A DNA stretch of 64,000 nucleotides from Candidatus Eiseniibacteriota bacterium (GTDB lineage Bacteria > Eisenbacteria > RBG-16-71-46), in contig JBGPFC010000005.1 of NCBI GenBank assembly GCA_041483195.1, positions 6,679-70,678 on the forward strand. Direction: 5' to 3'. Numbering within the stretch: position 1 is the first letter of the stretch; the number at the start of each line of letters is the position of its first letter. Made by a program: the position numbers and the translations under genes. Of the stretch, positions 55,365 through 64,000 are shown piece after piece. Below the pieces are notes generated by a model, which worked only from the letters and a program-made list of their open reading frames with translations, had not been told where the DNA came from and ran no database searches.

Positions 55365-56827
55365 TCGTTCCTTCGCTCGAGGATTTCCGCGCGCTCGCGA
55401 AGAGCGGCAAGCTGGTCCCGGTGTATCGCGAGGTCTTCGCCGATCACGACACCCCGGTCTCCGCGTTCCGCAAGATCGACGACGGGCCGTATTCGTTCCT
55501 GCTCGAGAGCGTCGAAGGCGGAGAGAAGTGGGGGCGGTACTCGCTGCTCGGCAGCCGGCCGTCGCTGGTGTTCACCGCCCGCGGCGAGCGCTGCGAGATT
55601 CGCGAGGGTGACGCCGTGCGCGCCGGCACCCGCCATCCGCTCGAGGAGCTGGGTGATCTGCTCCGCGCGCACCAGGCGGTCGCGTTGCCCGGCCTGCCCC
55701 GGTTCTGCGGCGGAGCGGTCGGGTACTTCGGATACGACGCGGTGCGCTGGTTCGAGCGCGTGCCCGCGAAGACGCGGGACGATCTCGGCATGCCCGACGC
55801 GGTTTTCATGTTCGGCGACGTGGTGAGCGTTTTCGACAACCTCACGCACACGCTGAAGGTCGTGACCCATGCGCGGGGTGGAAGCGACCCCGATCGGGCC
55901 TACCGCGAGGCGGTCCAGCGTCTCGAGGCCGAGGTGGCGAAGCTGTCGCGCGCGCTGCCGTGGAGCGCGATCGAGCCCGGGCCCGAGCCACCCGAGCCCG
56001 TTTCCTCTTCGAGCCGCGAGGCCTTCATGCGCGCGGTGGAGGTGGCGAAGGAACACATCCGGGCCGGCGACATCTTCCAGGTGGTGCTCAGCCACCGCAT
56101 GAGCGCGCCGGTGTCGCGGCCGGCGTTCGAGGCGTATCGCGCGCTGCGCGTGACCAATCCCTCGCCCTACCTTTATTTCCTGCGGCTCGGCGACCTGTCA
56201 CTGGTCGGCTCCTCGCCCGAGGTGCTGGTGCGCCGGACCGACGGCGTCGTCGAGGTGCGGCCGATCGCGGGCACGCGCCCGCGCGGGCGCGGGCCTGACG
56301 AAGACCTCGAGCTCGAGAAGGAGCTGCGTGCGAGCGAGAAGGAGCGCGCAGAGCACGTCATGCTGGTGGATCTCGGGCGGAACGACGTCGGCCGGGTCGC
56401 CGAGTTCGGAACGGTGGAGACCAACGAGTACATGCTGGTCGAGCGCTACTCCCAGGTCATGCACCTGGTCTCGAACGTGCGCGGCCGGCTGCGTTCCGGG
56501 CTCCAGCCGCTCGACATCGTTCGCGCGTGCTTCCCGGCGGGCACGGTCTCGGGGGCGCCCAAGGTGCGGGCGATGGAGATCATCGAAGAGCTGGAGCCCT
56601 TGCGCCGCGGCGTGTATGCGGGAGCGGTCGGCCATTTCGACTATCATGGCAACCTCGACCTGGCGATCACCATCCGCACCCTGGTGTACGCAGGAGGCGC
56701 GGCGCACTGGGGCGTCGGCGCCGGCATCGTCGCCGACTCGGAGCCCGAGGCCGAATGGCAGGAGACTCTCAACAAGGGACGCGCGTTGTGGCTGGCGGTG
56801 CAGCGCGCGGAGCGGGGCGGAGTGTGA
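55361..56827 (+). CDS. trpE: anthranilate synthase component I
   Basis: ATGA overlap with rec[30 protein letters not shown] and [20 protein letters not shown]. Confidence 0.92.
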   Translation: MIVPSLEDFRALAKSGKLVPVYREVFADHDTPVSAFRKIDDGPYSFLLESVEGGEKWGRYSLLGSRPSLVFTARGERCEIREGDAVRAGTRHPLEELGDLLRAHQAVALPGLPRFCGGAVGYFGYDAVRWFERVPAKTRDDLGMPDAVFMFGDVVSVFDNLTHTLKVVTHARGGSDPDRAYREAVQRLEAEVAKLSRALPWSAIEPGPEPPEPVSSSSREAFMRAVEVAKEHIRAGDIFQVVLSHRMSAPVSRPAFEAYRALRVTNPSPYLYFLRLGDLSLVGSSPEVLVRRTDGVVEVRPIAGTRPRGRGPDEDLELEKELRASEKERAEHVMLVDLGRNDVGRVAEFGTVETNEYMLVERYSQVMHLVSNVRGRLRSGLQPLDIVRACFPAGTVSGAPKVRAMEIIEELEPLRRGVYAGAVGHFDYHGNLDLAITIRTLVYAGGAAHWGVGAGIVADSEPEAEWQETLNKGRALWLAVQRAERGGV

Positions 56828-56838
56828 CGGCGGGGAGC

Positions 56839-57429
56839 ATGATCGCGGTCATCGACAACTACGATTCGTTCACGTACAACCTCGTTCAGTATCTCGGCAC
56901 GCTGGGCGCGACGCTCGAGGTGTACCGCAACGACGCGATCACGGTGGAGGCGCTTGCCATAAGGCCGCTCGATGGCCTGGTCGTGTCGCCCGGACCCGGA
57001 GTGCCCCGCGACGCCGGGATCAGCGAAGGCGCGATCGCCGCGCTCGCCGGCCGCGTGCCGGTGCTCGGCGTGTGTCTGGGGCACCAGGGTCTGGGTGAGG
57101 TATACGGGGGGCGCGTGGTGCGCGCCCAGCGGCTGATGCACGGCAAGACGAGTCCGATTCTCCACAAGGGCCGCGGGCTGTTCGCGGGGCTCGACAATCC
57201 GTTCGAGGCCACGCGGTATCATTCGCTGATCGTCGAGCGCGAGACCCTCCCGGGCGTGCTCGAGATCATGGCCTGGACGCCGGAGGGGGAGATCATGGCG
57301 CTGCGGCACAAGGACCACGAGACCTGGGGCGTTCAGTTCCATCCCGAATCGGTGCTCACCCGGCCCGGTCTCAAGCTGATCGAGAATTTTCTGACGCTAT
57401 GCCGTCAACACAGGAGTGCTCAGCTTTGA
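56839..57429 (+). CDS. trpG: anthranilate synthase component II (glutamine amidotransferase)
   Basis: [20 protein letters not shown], the catalytic GVCLGHQ and HPES. Confidence 0.9.
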   Translation: MIAVIDNYDSFTYNLVQYLGTLGATLEVYRNDAITVEALAIRPLDGLVVSPGPGVPRDAGISEGAIAALAGRVPVLGVCLGHQGLGEVYGGRVVRAQRLMHGKTSPILHKGRGLFAGLDNPFEATRYHSLIVERETLPGVLEIMAWTPEGEIMALRHKDHETWGVQFHPESVLTRPGLKLIENFLTLCRQHRSAQL

Positions 57430-58433
57430 TCCAGTCGGCGATCGGACGTGCCGTGATGCGGGACCACCTCACGCGCGACCTCGCGCGAGCTGCGATGGAC
57501 CAGATCCTGGCGGGAGAGGCCACGCCCGCGCAGATCGCGGCGCTCGCCGTGGCGCTGCGCATGAAGGGCGAGGTCCCGGACGAGATCGCCGGGATGGCCG
57601 ACGCGATGCGCGGCCGGATCGCGCCGATCCGCACGCGGCGCAGCCCGCTGATCGACACCTGCGGCACCGGCGGCGACAACGCCGGCACCTTCAATATCTC
57701 GACCACGGTGGCGATCGTGACCGCTTCGTGCGACGTCGCCGTCGCGAAGCACGGCAATCGAGCGGTCTCCTCGCGCACCGGCAGCGCCGACGTGCTCGAG
57801 ACGCTGGGCGTCCGGCTCGATCTCACGCCGACGAGCGCCGGCCGTTCACTCGACCTGCTCGGCATCACGTTCCTGTTCGCTCCCCACTATCACACCGCGC
57901 TGCGGTACGCGGCGGGACCGCGACGCGAGATCGGCGTGCGCACGGTGTTCAACGTGCTGGGCCCGCTCACCAACCCCGCGGGGGCCACGCGCCAGCTGCT
58001 CGGGGTGTACGCCGATCCGCTGGTGCGGACCGTGGCCGACGTGCTGAAGGATCTGGGCAGCGAGCGGGCCTGGGTGGTGCACGGCCGCGACGGCCTCGAC
58101 GAGCTCACGGTGTTCGCGAAGACCCACGTCGCAGAGCTGAAGGACGGCGCGATCCAGGAGTTCGAGATCGATCCCGCCGCGCTGGGGCTGGCCCACACCG
58201 ACCGCGCGGGCGTCGCGGGCGGCGACGCGGCGGCGAACGCCGCGAAGGTGCGCGCGGTGCTGGCTGGCGAAAAGGGCGCGGCGCGCGACATCGTGGTGCT
58301 CAACACGGCCGCCGCGCTGGTCACCGCCGGCGTCGCACCCACCATCGAGGACGGCGTGACGCGCGCCGCCCGGGCGATCGACAGCGGCCGGGCCGGCGAG
58401 AAGCTCGCCGAGCTCGCCGCCTTCCGCGGCTGA
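57399..58433 (+). CDS. trpD: anthranilate phosphoribosyltransferase
   Basis: [37 protein letters not shown] and VAKHGNR. It overlaps the trpG 3' end by 31 nt; an alternative start lies at 57456. Confidence 0.88.
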   Translation: MPSTQECSALIQSAIGRAVMRDHLTRDLARAAMDQILAGEATPAQIAALAVALRMKGEVPDEIAGMADAMRGRIAPIRTRRSPLIDTCGTGGDNAGTFNISTTVAIVTASCDVAVAKHGNRAVSSRTGSADVLETLGVRLDLTPTSAGRSLDLLGITFLFAPHYHTALRYAAGPRREIGVRTVFNVLGPLTNPAGATRQLLGVYADPLVRTVADVLKDLGSERAWVVHGRDGLDELTVFAKTHVAELKDGAIQEFEIDPAALGLAHTDRAGVAGGDAAANAAKVRAVLAGEKGAARDIVVLNTAAALVTAGVAPTIEDGVTRAARAIDSGRAGEKLAELAAFRG

Positions 58434-58467
58434 TCTCCGGCACGGCGTTCAGACCGACGAGGCGCAC

Positions 58468-59280
58468 ATGGCGAATCCGGGCACCGATGTCCTGAGCCGC
58501 ATCGCCGGGGACCGACGCCGGGGCGTCGACGCCATGCAGCGCGCCGTGCCCGGACACGTGCTGCGCGCGCGCATCGGCAAGATCCAGCCCGCGGGACGGC
58601 TCGAGCGGGCGCTGCGGCGCGGCGCGCGCGAGGCGCCGCTGCGGCTGCTGTGCGAGATCAAGCGCGCCTCACCGTCGCGCGGCGTGCTGCGCGAGTCGAT
58701 CGACCCGGCCGCGATCGCGAAGGCCTACGCCGATGGCGGGGCGGCCGCGATCTCGATCGTGACCGAGCCCGATCACTTCCGCGGCGATCTCGAATGGATC
58801 GGCGCGGCGCGCGCGGTCACCGCGCTGCCGCTGCTGCTCAAGGATTTCGTGCTCGACTCCTACCAGATCCTCGATGCGGCGGCGCGGGGCGCCGACGGCG
58901 TGCTGTTGATCGCGGCGCTGCTGTCCGGAGTCCAGCTCCAGCGCCTCATCACCGAGGCGCGCCTGCTGGGCCTCGATTGCCTGGTCGAGATCCACGACGC
59001 CATCGAACTGCGCGCGGCATTGGTGGCCGGCGCCACCCTGATCGGGATCAACAACCGGAACCTGCGCACCTTCGAGGTGGATCTCGGCACGTCGATCGCG
59101 CTGCTGCCCCAGGTGCCGCCGCTGGTCACGGCGGTCGCGGAAAGCGGAATCTCGACCGCGGCCGACCTCGGCCGGCTCCGCGCGACCCGCTGCGACGCGG
59201 TGCTGATGGGCGAGGTGTTCATGACGAGCGCCGACCTGGCGGGCACCCTGGCCGGCCTGCGCGCCGCGGCGGGGGGCTGA
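58468..59280 (+). CDS. trpC: indole-3-glycerol phosphate synthase
   Basis: LCEIKRASPSRG, LLLKDFVLDSYQI and IGINNRNLRTFEVDL. Confidence 0.9.
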   Translation: MANPGTDVLSRIAGDRRRGVDAMQRAVPGHVLRARIGKIQPAGRLERALRRGAREAPLRLLCEIKRASPSRGVLRESIDPAAIAKAYADGGAAAISIVTEPDHFRGDLEWIGAARAVTALPLLLKDFVLDSYQILDAAARGADGVLLIAALLSGVQLQRLITEARLLGLDCLVEIHDAIELRAALVAGATLIGINNRNLRTFEVDLGTSIALLPQVPPLVTAVAESGISTAADLGRLRATRCDAVLMGEVFMTSADLAGTLAGLRAAAGG

Positions 59281-59281
59281 T

Positions 59282-59938
59282 GTGGCGGGCGTTCCGGGCC
59301 GCAGGCGAACCCTGGTCAAGGTGTGCGGCATCACGCGCCTCGATGACGCGCGGGCCGCGCTCGAGGCCGGCGCCGACTGGCTCGGGTTCGTCGTGCTGGG
59401 CGAGAGTCCGCGGCGGATCGCACCCGAGCGCGTGGCGGCGATGATCGCGACGCTGGGCGAAGCGGTCGCCGTCGCGGTGATGGTGTCGCCGACGCCCGAG
59501 CAGGCGCTCGCGCTCGCGACCCGCGCCGGGGCCGGACGCGTGCAGGTGCATCGCGTCGATGCGTCCGGCTGGCCCGCGACCTTTCCGCTGCCCGCGTCGT
59601 TCGCGGTCCCGGTCGCGCGCGACGGCTCGATCGCGGAGGCACTCCCGCCGATGCGTCATCTGGTGATGCTCGACAGCGCGCACCCGCAACTCGCGGGCGG
59701 GACCGGCGAGACGTTTCCATGGGAGACCGCGCGAATCGTCGCGGCGACGCGGCCGTTGCTGCTCGCGGGCGGGCTCGATGCCGACAACGTCGGGGCGGCG
59801 CTCGATCGGGTGCGGCCGTTCGGGGTGGACGCCTCGTCGGGCCTCGAGCGCGCGCCGGGCGTGAAGGACCACGACCGGGTGCGGCGCTTCGTCGCCGCCG
59901 TGAGGGAATGGGATGAGCGCAACCCCGACCGCGGCTGA
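59282..59938 (+). CDS. trpF: phosphoribosylanthranilate isomerase
   Basis: GTG start. [27 protein letters not shown]. Confidence 0.85.
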   Translation: MAGVPGRRRTLVKVCGITRLDDARAALEAGADWLGFVVLGESPRRIAPERVAAMIATLGEAVAVAVMVSPTPEQALALATRAGAGRVQVHRVDASGWPATFPLPASFAVPVARDGSIAEALPPMRHLVMLDSAHPQLAGGTGETFPWETARIVAATRPLLLAGGLDADNVGAALDRVRPFGVDASSGLERAPGVKDHDRVRRFVAAVREWDERNPDRG

Positions 59939-61112
59939 GGCTCGCGGTCACTTCGGGCCGTACGGCGGGCGCTTCGTTCCCGAGACGCTGATCTTCGCGC
60001 TCGATCAGCTCGAGGACGAGTACGCGCGCGCGCGCGCGGACGCGGGCTTCGAGCGCGAGCTCGCAGAGACCCTGCGCGATTTCGCGGGACGCCCGACCCC
60101 GCTGTTCGAGGCCCGCCGCCTCGGCGAGGCCGCGGGCTGCCGGGTGTTTCTCAAGCGCGAGGACCTGTTGCACACCGGCGCGCACAAGATCAACAACACG
60201 GTGGGCCAGTGCCTGCTCGCGCGCCGCATGGGCAAGCCGCGCGTCATCGCCGAGACCGGCGCCGGGCAGCACGGCGTCGCGACCGCCGCCGCCGCCGCGC
60301 GCTTCGGGCTCGTGTGCACGGTGTACATGGGCAGCGAGGACGCGCGCCGCCAGCACCTGAACGTGGAGCGCATGAAGCTGCTGGGCGCCGAGGTCCGCGA
60401 GGTGGACGCCGGAAGCCGCACGCTCAAGGACGCGATCAACGAGGCGCTGCGCGACTGGGTCACGCGGGTGCGCGACACGCACTACGTGCTGGGATCGGTG
60501 CTCGGCCCGCACCCGTTCCCGACCATCGTCCGCGATTTCCACAAGGTGATCGGGATCGAGGCGCGCGCGCAATTCGAGGCGCAGGCGGGAGGGCTGCCCG
60601 ACGCGCTGGTCGCGTGCGTGGGGGGCGGCAGCAACGCGATCGGCCTGTTCCACGCGTTCCTCGGCGAAGCGTCGGTCCGCAAGGTGGGGGTGGAGGCGGG
60701 CGGACACGGACTCGCGAGCGGCAAGCATGCCGCCCGCGTCCCGGAGCACAGCGTGGGCGTGCTGCACGGCACCCGCACGCTGGTGCTGCAGGACGAGCAC
60801 GGCATGATTCGCGAGACGCATTCGGTCTCGGCCGGTCTCGACTATCCGGCACTCGGCCCGGAGCACGCGTGGCTCGCGGATCAGGGCCTCGCGGAATACT
60901 CGAGCGCCCGGGACGACGAAGCCCTGGCGGCGTTCGAGACACTCGCGAAGCTCGAGGGCATCCTCCCAGCGCTCGAGACCGCGCACGCGCTGGCCTGGGT
61001 GCTGCGCGAGGGGAAGACCCTGGGCGCCGACGCGCGGGTGATCGTCAATCTCTCCGGGCGCGGCGACAAGGATGTGAGCGAGGTGCTGCGCGTGACGTGG
61101 CGCGCCGGATGA
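59913..61112 (+). CDS. trpB: tryptophan synthase beta chain
   Basis: [26 protein letters not shown] (PLP-binding Lys) and GGGSNAIG. Confidence 0.93.
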   Translation: MSATPTAAEARGHFGPYGGRFVPETLIFALDQLEDEYARARADAGFERELAETLRDFAGRPTPLFEARRLGEAAGCRVFLKREDLLHTGAHKINNTVGQCLLARRMGKPRVIAETGAGQHGVATAAAAARFGLVCTVYMGSEDARRQHLNVERMKLLGAEVREVDAGSRTLKDAINEALRDWVTRVRDTHYVLGSVLGPHPFPTIVRDFHKVIGIEARAQFEAQAGGLPDALVACVGGGSNAIGLFHAFLGEASVRKVGVEAGGHGLASGKHAARVPEHSVGVLHGTRTLVLQDEHGMIRETHSVSAGLDYPALGPEHAWLADQGLAEYSSARDDEALAAFETLAKLEGILPALETAHALAWVLREGKTLGADARVIVNLSGRGDKDVSEVLRVTWRAG

Positions 61113-61819
61113 GGCGCGGCCCGCGCGTGGGCGCGATGGCGGCGCTCGCGATCGGCTGCGCGAGCGCAGTCCTGTTCGCGGTCGCGATCGGGGGTTGCTC
61201 GAAGCGGCGGCCGCACAAGTCCGTGCCCACCCAGCCGGCGCCACCGGCGGTGCCGCTGGCGACCACTCCCGAGGAAGCGGTGCGGCTGATCGAGTGGAGC
61301 TGGAACAACCGGAGCGTCCCTGGACTTCGCACGGTGCTCAGCAACGATTTCGCGTTCGGCTGCGCGCCGGCGGACACGGCGGGGAACCACTATCCCGGCC
61401 ACGCCCTCATGCGCGCGGACGAGCTCACGTCCGCGCAGCACCTGTTCGTGGACGGAACCGTGAGCGAGCTGCCCGCGAGCCATATCACGGTCACGTTCGA
61501 TCCCAACCTGGTTCCGGTTCAGGATGGGCGGCCCGGCAAGCAGGACATGACCTACCATCTCGAGATCGTGACGTCGATCGTGGTGGCGATCGACACCGAC
61601 ATCGAGGCGTTCCGCCTCACCGGCAGCGCGCGCTTTCACGTGGTGCGCGGGGATTCCGCGATCATCCCGGCGGACCTCGCGGCCGCGGGGGTGATACCGG
61701 ACGCGCATCGTTGGTACGTCGATCTCTGGGAGGACGAGAGCGGGGGCCCGCGTCCCGGGCTGGCCGCGATGCCGGCCCGGAGTGCGACGCTGTGCCAGGT
61801 GATGGCGCTCTATCGATGA
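61109..61819 (+). CDS. hypothetical lipoprotein translationally coupled to trpB, in the position where trpA would be expected
   Basis: ATGA overlap at 61109-61112. Signal peptide and lipobox [30 protein letters not shown]. No TrpA (TIM-barrel) motifs. Confidence 0.55.
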   Translation: MRRGPRVGAMAALAIGCASAVLFAVAIGGCSKRRPHKSVPTQPAPPAVPLATTPEEAVRLIEWSWNNRSVPGLRTVLSNDFAFGCAPADTAGNHYPGHALMRADELTSAQHLFVDGTVSELPASHITVTFDPNLVPVQDGRPGKQDMTYHLEIVTSIVVAIDTDIEAFRLTGSARFHVVRGDSAIIPADLAAAGVIPDAHRWYVDLWEDESGGPRPGLAAMPARSATLCQVMALYR

Positions 61820-61926
61820 GGGCGCACCCCGCGCGAGGAAGCCGGCGCGGTTTCGCGCACCGGCGCGCGGCACGCCGCGCCGCGCGTGACGCGCCTCGCG
61901 ACGGTGTGCTATAAACACTGGCCGCT

Positions 61927-62003
61927 GCGCCCGTAGCTCAATTGGATAGAGCGTTAGCCTCCGGAGCTAAAGGTTACAGGTTCGATTCCTGTCGGGCGCA
62001 CCA
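61927..62003 (+). tRNA. tRNA-Arg (anticodon CCG), CCA encoded
   Basis: Acceptor stem GCGCCCG/CGGGCGC, anticodon stem TTAGC/GCTAA with loop CTCCGGA, and a TTCGATT T-loop. Confidence 0.85.
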
Positions 62004-62036
62004 GTCCTTCCTTCCGCCGATCTCCGGCACGACCCC

Positions 62037-63080
62037 ATGACGAACCCACCGGGCACGCACGACCGCTTCGAGCCCCACGCCGCGAACGCGATGGCGTCGA
62101 TGTTCGACGGCGTCTCACCGCGCTACGACCTGCTGAATCGCCTGATGACGCTGGGCCAGGATGGCGCGTGGCGGCGTGCGATGGCGGGCGCCGTTCCGGA
62201 GCGCGCGCGGATCGTGCTCGATCTCTGCACCGGGAGCGGGGTGTCGCTCGCGGGACTCCGCCGTCCGGGCCGCACCGTGCTCGGCATCGACGTGAGCGTC
62301 GCGATGCTCGAGCGGGCGGACGCCGAGCAGGGCGGCGGGGGCTGGGCTCCGCGCCTCGCGTGCGCAGACGCATTCCGGCTTCCGCTGCGCGACGCCTCAC
62401 TCGATGCGATCACGATCGCGTTCGGAATTCGCAACCTGCGACCTCGTGCAGCTGCGGCCCTCGAGATCGCCCGCGTGCTGCGGCCCGGCGGCACGCTCGC
62501 CGTGCTCGAAGCCGCCGCGCCCCGGCCCGGGCCGTTCGCGCCCTTCCATCGGTTCTGGATCCGGCACCTGATCCCGCTGCTGGGACGCCTCTCGCCCGAT
62601 CCCAGCGCGTACCGCTATCTGAGCGAGTCCATCTTGGAATTCGGCCCCGGCACCGATCTCGAACAGGCCTTGCTCGGGGCCGGCCTCGTGGTCGCGGGCC
62701 GGCGATCCTTCCTGCTGGGGGCCACCCGTCTATGGATCGTTCGGCGCCCGGTGGCCCATGGTGAAAAAGCAGCCGTGCCGCCCGCGACCGTGCAGAATGC
62801 GATTCTCGACTCGGGGAGCGGGGGAGAGTTCCCGCAGACCGATCCCGGGGCCGGTGCCGAGTACCGGGCCTGGACGATCGCCCAGCTCGCGGTGGCGATC
62901 GCACTGCTCGGGGCGCTGGTCGCGGGGCTCGCGTTGTTCCTGAAGTCCAGCGCCCGCTTGCCGTTGGACTCGCGGGGCCGGGCCCTGGCGCTGGTCCTCC
63001 TCATCCTCGGCACCCTCTTCAGCGCGGCACGCGTGCTCGCCCTGTTGCGCCGGATGATCGCCCCGCCCTCGCGGCGCTAA
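62037..63080 (+). CDS. ubiE: UbiE/MenG-family SAM-dependent methyltransferase with a C-terminal two-TM extension
   Basis: MASMFDGVSPRYDLLNRLMTLGQDGAWRR, LDLCTGSG and LRPGGTLAVLE. The last 90 aa or so contain two hydrophobic helices. Confidence 0.75.
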   Translation: MTNPPGTHDRFEPHAANAMASMFDGVSPRYDLLNRLMTLGQDGAWRRAMAGAVPERARIVLDLCTGSGVSLAGLRRPGRTVLGIDVSVAMLERADAEQGGGGWAPRLACADAFRLPLRDASLDAITIAFGIRNLRPRAAAALEIARVLRPGGTLAVLEAAAPRPGPFAPFHRFWIRHLIPLLGRLSPDPSAYRYLSESILEFGPGTDLEQALLGAGLVVAGRRSFLLGATRLWIVRRPVAHGEKAAVPPATVQNAILDSGSGGEFPQTDPGAGAEYRAWTIAQLAVAIALLGALVAGLALFLKSSARLPLDSRGRALALVLLILGTLFSAARVLALLRRMIAPPSRR

Positions 63081-63157
63081 GCCGTTCAAAGTTCCCGGCA
63101 TAAGGGTTGCACAATCGTTCGTGGACGAGTCCAACACTCTGACCATGAAGGCGGACG

Positions 63158-64000
63158 ATGCTCGCCAGGGAACGAATTCTCGAGACGCTGCTCGACCTCT
63201 CGAACCGGACCAGTGGACGGTCCCGTCCGGTGCTGCTCGAGAAGGTGCTGCGCAGCGGGCTCGCGCTCGCGGAATGCGACGGAGCGGTCGCGCTGACCGC
63301 TCACGCGCGCCGTCACGAGCGGCTGGTGCTCACCCGCAGCGCCCGCGAACCGCAGCTGGTCGAGGTGTCGCGTCAGGGCAGCGACTTCACCCGCAGCCTC
63401 CTGCGTAACGGCATGCCGGTCGTCAGCCCCGACCTCGCCGACGACGGCCGCATCGGCGAAGAGGACCATTGTCCCGGGATTCAGCCCGGCCCCGCCCTCT
63501 ACGTGCCGCTCTGGCAGCGCGAGCAGGCGAGCGGCTACCTGGCCCTGTTCCGGCACCGTGGCCAGCAGCGATTCACGAACGAGGAGACGCGCATGGCGTT
63601 GTTCCTCGGCGCGTGGACCGGGATGGCGATCGAGAACCTGCGGCTGGCGGAGAGCCTCGAGAAGCTCGCGGTCACCGACGATCTCACGCAGGTCTACAAC
63701 TATCGATTCCTGAAGACCGCGCTCCGCCGCGAGATCAAGCGCGCCGGACGCTTCGGGCAGGAGCTGGCGCTGGTGATGATCGATGTGGACAACCTGAAGG
63801 CCTACAACGACCGATTCGGCCACGTGCGGGGCAGCTTCCTCCTCAAGGAGGCGGCCCAGCTGGTCGCCGAGCAGGTGCGGTCGTTCGACCTGCTCGCCAA
63901 GTACGGCGGCGACGAGTTCACCATCATCCTCCCGCAGACCGATCGCGAAGGCGCGATGGTCGTCGCAGAGCGTGTCCGGGCGGCGATCGCCGGGCACGGG
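63158..64000 (+). CDS. GAF-GGDEF diguanylate cyclase (3' end beyond window)
   Basis: An ORF with no stop before the window end. A GAF-like N-terminal part is followed by a GGDEF domain (DDLTQVYNYRFL...RFGHVRGSFLLKEAAQ...AKYGGDEFTIILPQ). It is absent from the ORF track because it has no stop. Confidence 0.8.
   Translation, partial: MLARERILETLLDLSNRTSGRSRPVLLEKVLRSGLALAECDGAVALTAHARRHERLVLTRSAREPQLVEVSRQGSDFTRSLLRNGMPVVSPDLADDGRIGEEDHCPGIQPGPALYVPLWQREQASGYLALFRHRGQQRFTNEETRMALFLGAWTGMAIENLRLAESLEKLAVTDDLTQVYNYRFLKTALRREIKRAGRFGQELALVMIDVDNLKAYNDRFGHVRGSFLLKEAAQLVAEQVRSFDLLAKYGGDEFTIILPQTDREGAMVVAERVRAAIAGHG

Noticed and set aside
63086-63997. 303-aa minus-strand ORF at the window end
   Set aside because: The plus strand encodes a clear GAF-GGDEF protein (YGGDEF) that has no stop before the window end and so is missing from the track. 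The minus ORF is its antisense shadow.

Overview
This 64 kb window is very GC-rich (about 70%), so the six-frame track is full of long antisense and out-of-frame ORFs that I rejected. The real gene content is a compact, mostly housekeeping chromosome segment from a diderm bacterium. The outer-membrane proteins (DUF5916/CBM9-like, CarbopepD-plug-barrel, small beta-barrels) and a protease with a T9SS-like C-terminal domain suggest Gemmatimonadota or a related FCB-group lineage. That taxonomic call is inference only.

Recognisable blocks, in order:
- a trehalose locus: otsA and a divergent otsB, plus a GT4 glycosyltransferase, a hypothetical protein and a TM-helix membrane protein co-oriented with otsA
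- an ArsR, two SRPBCC proteins and a DoxX protein in one operon
- large outer-membrane proteins, ileS, and a secreted reprolysin-like metalloprotease with HYR domains
- a sensor kinase and a sigma-54 response regulator, translationally coupled to two small polytopic membrane proteins, the first carrying exosortase-family motifs
- aroC and a DAHP synthase; the DAHP synthase is preceded by a 27-codon Trp/Tyr/Phe-rich leader ORF and an intrinsic terminator, a candidate ribosome-mediated attenuator
- tRNA-Val, thrS, then infC-rpmI-rplT-pheS-[DUF885]-pheT, followed by a ZapB-like gene, zapA and a candidate 6S RNA
- rny, a ymdB-folD fusion, a DinB-like gene, xseA, xseB, ispA
- one long translationally coupled string: PAP2, dxs, nadK, recN, trpE, trpG, trpD, trpC, trpF, trpB and a lipoprotein, with no trpA
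- tRNA-Arg(CCG), a UbiE-like methyltransferase and a partial GAF-GGDEF cyclase.

No CRISPR array, transposase or integrase is visible. Stop/start overlaps of 1 to 4 nt (ATGA, TAATG, GTGA, TTGA) occur at more than a dozen gene junctions. The two most novel-looking items are the kinase, regulator and exosortase-like module (22.5 to 26.8 kb) and the aromatic leader-peptide attenuator in front of the DAHP synthase (28.46 to 28.63 kb).
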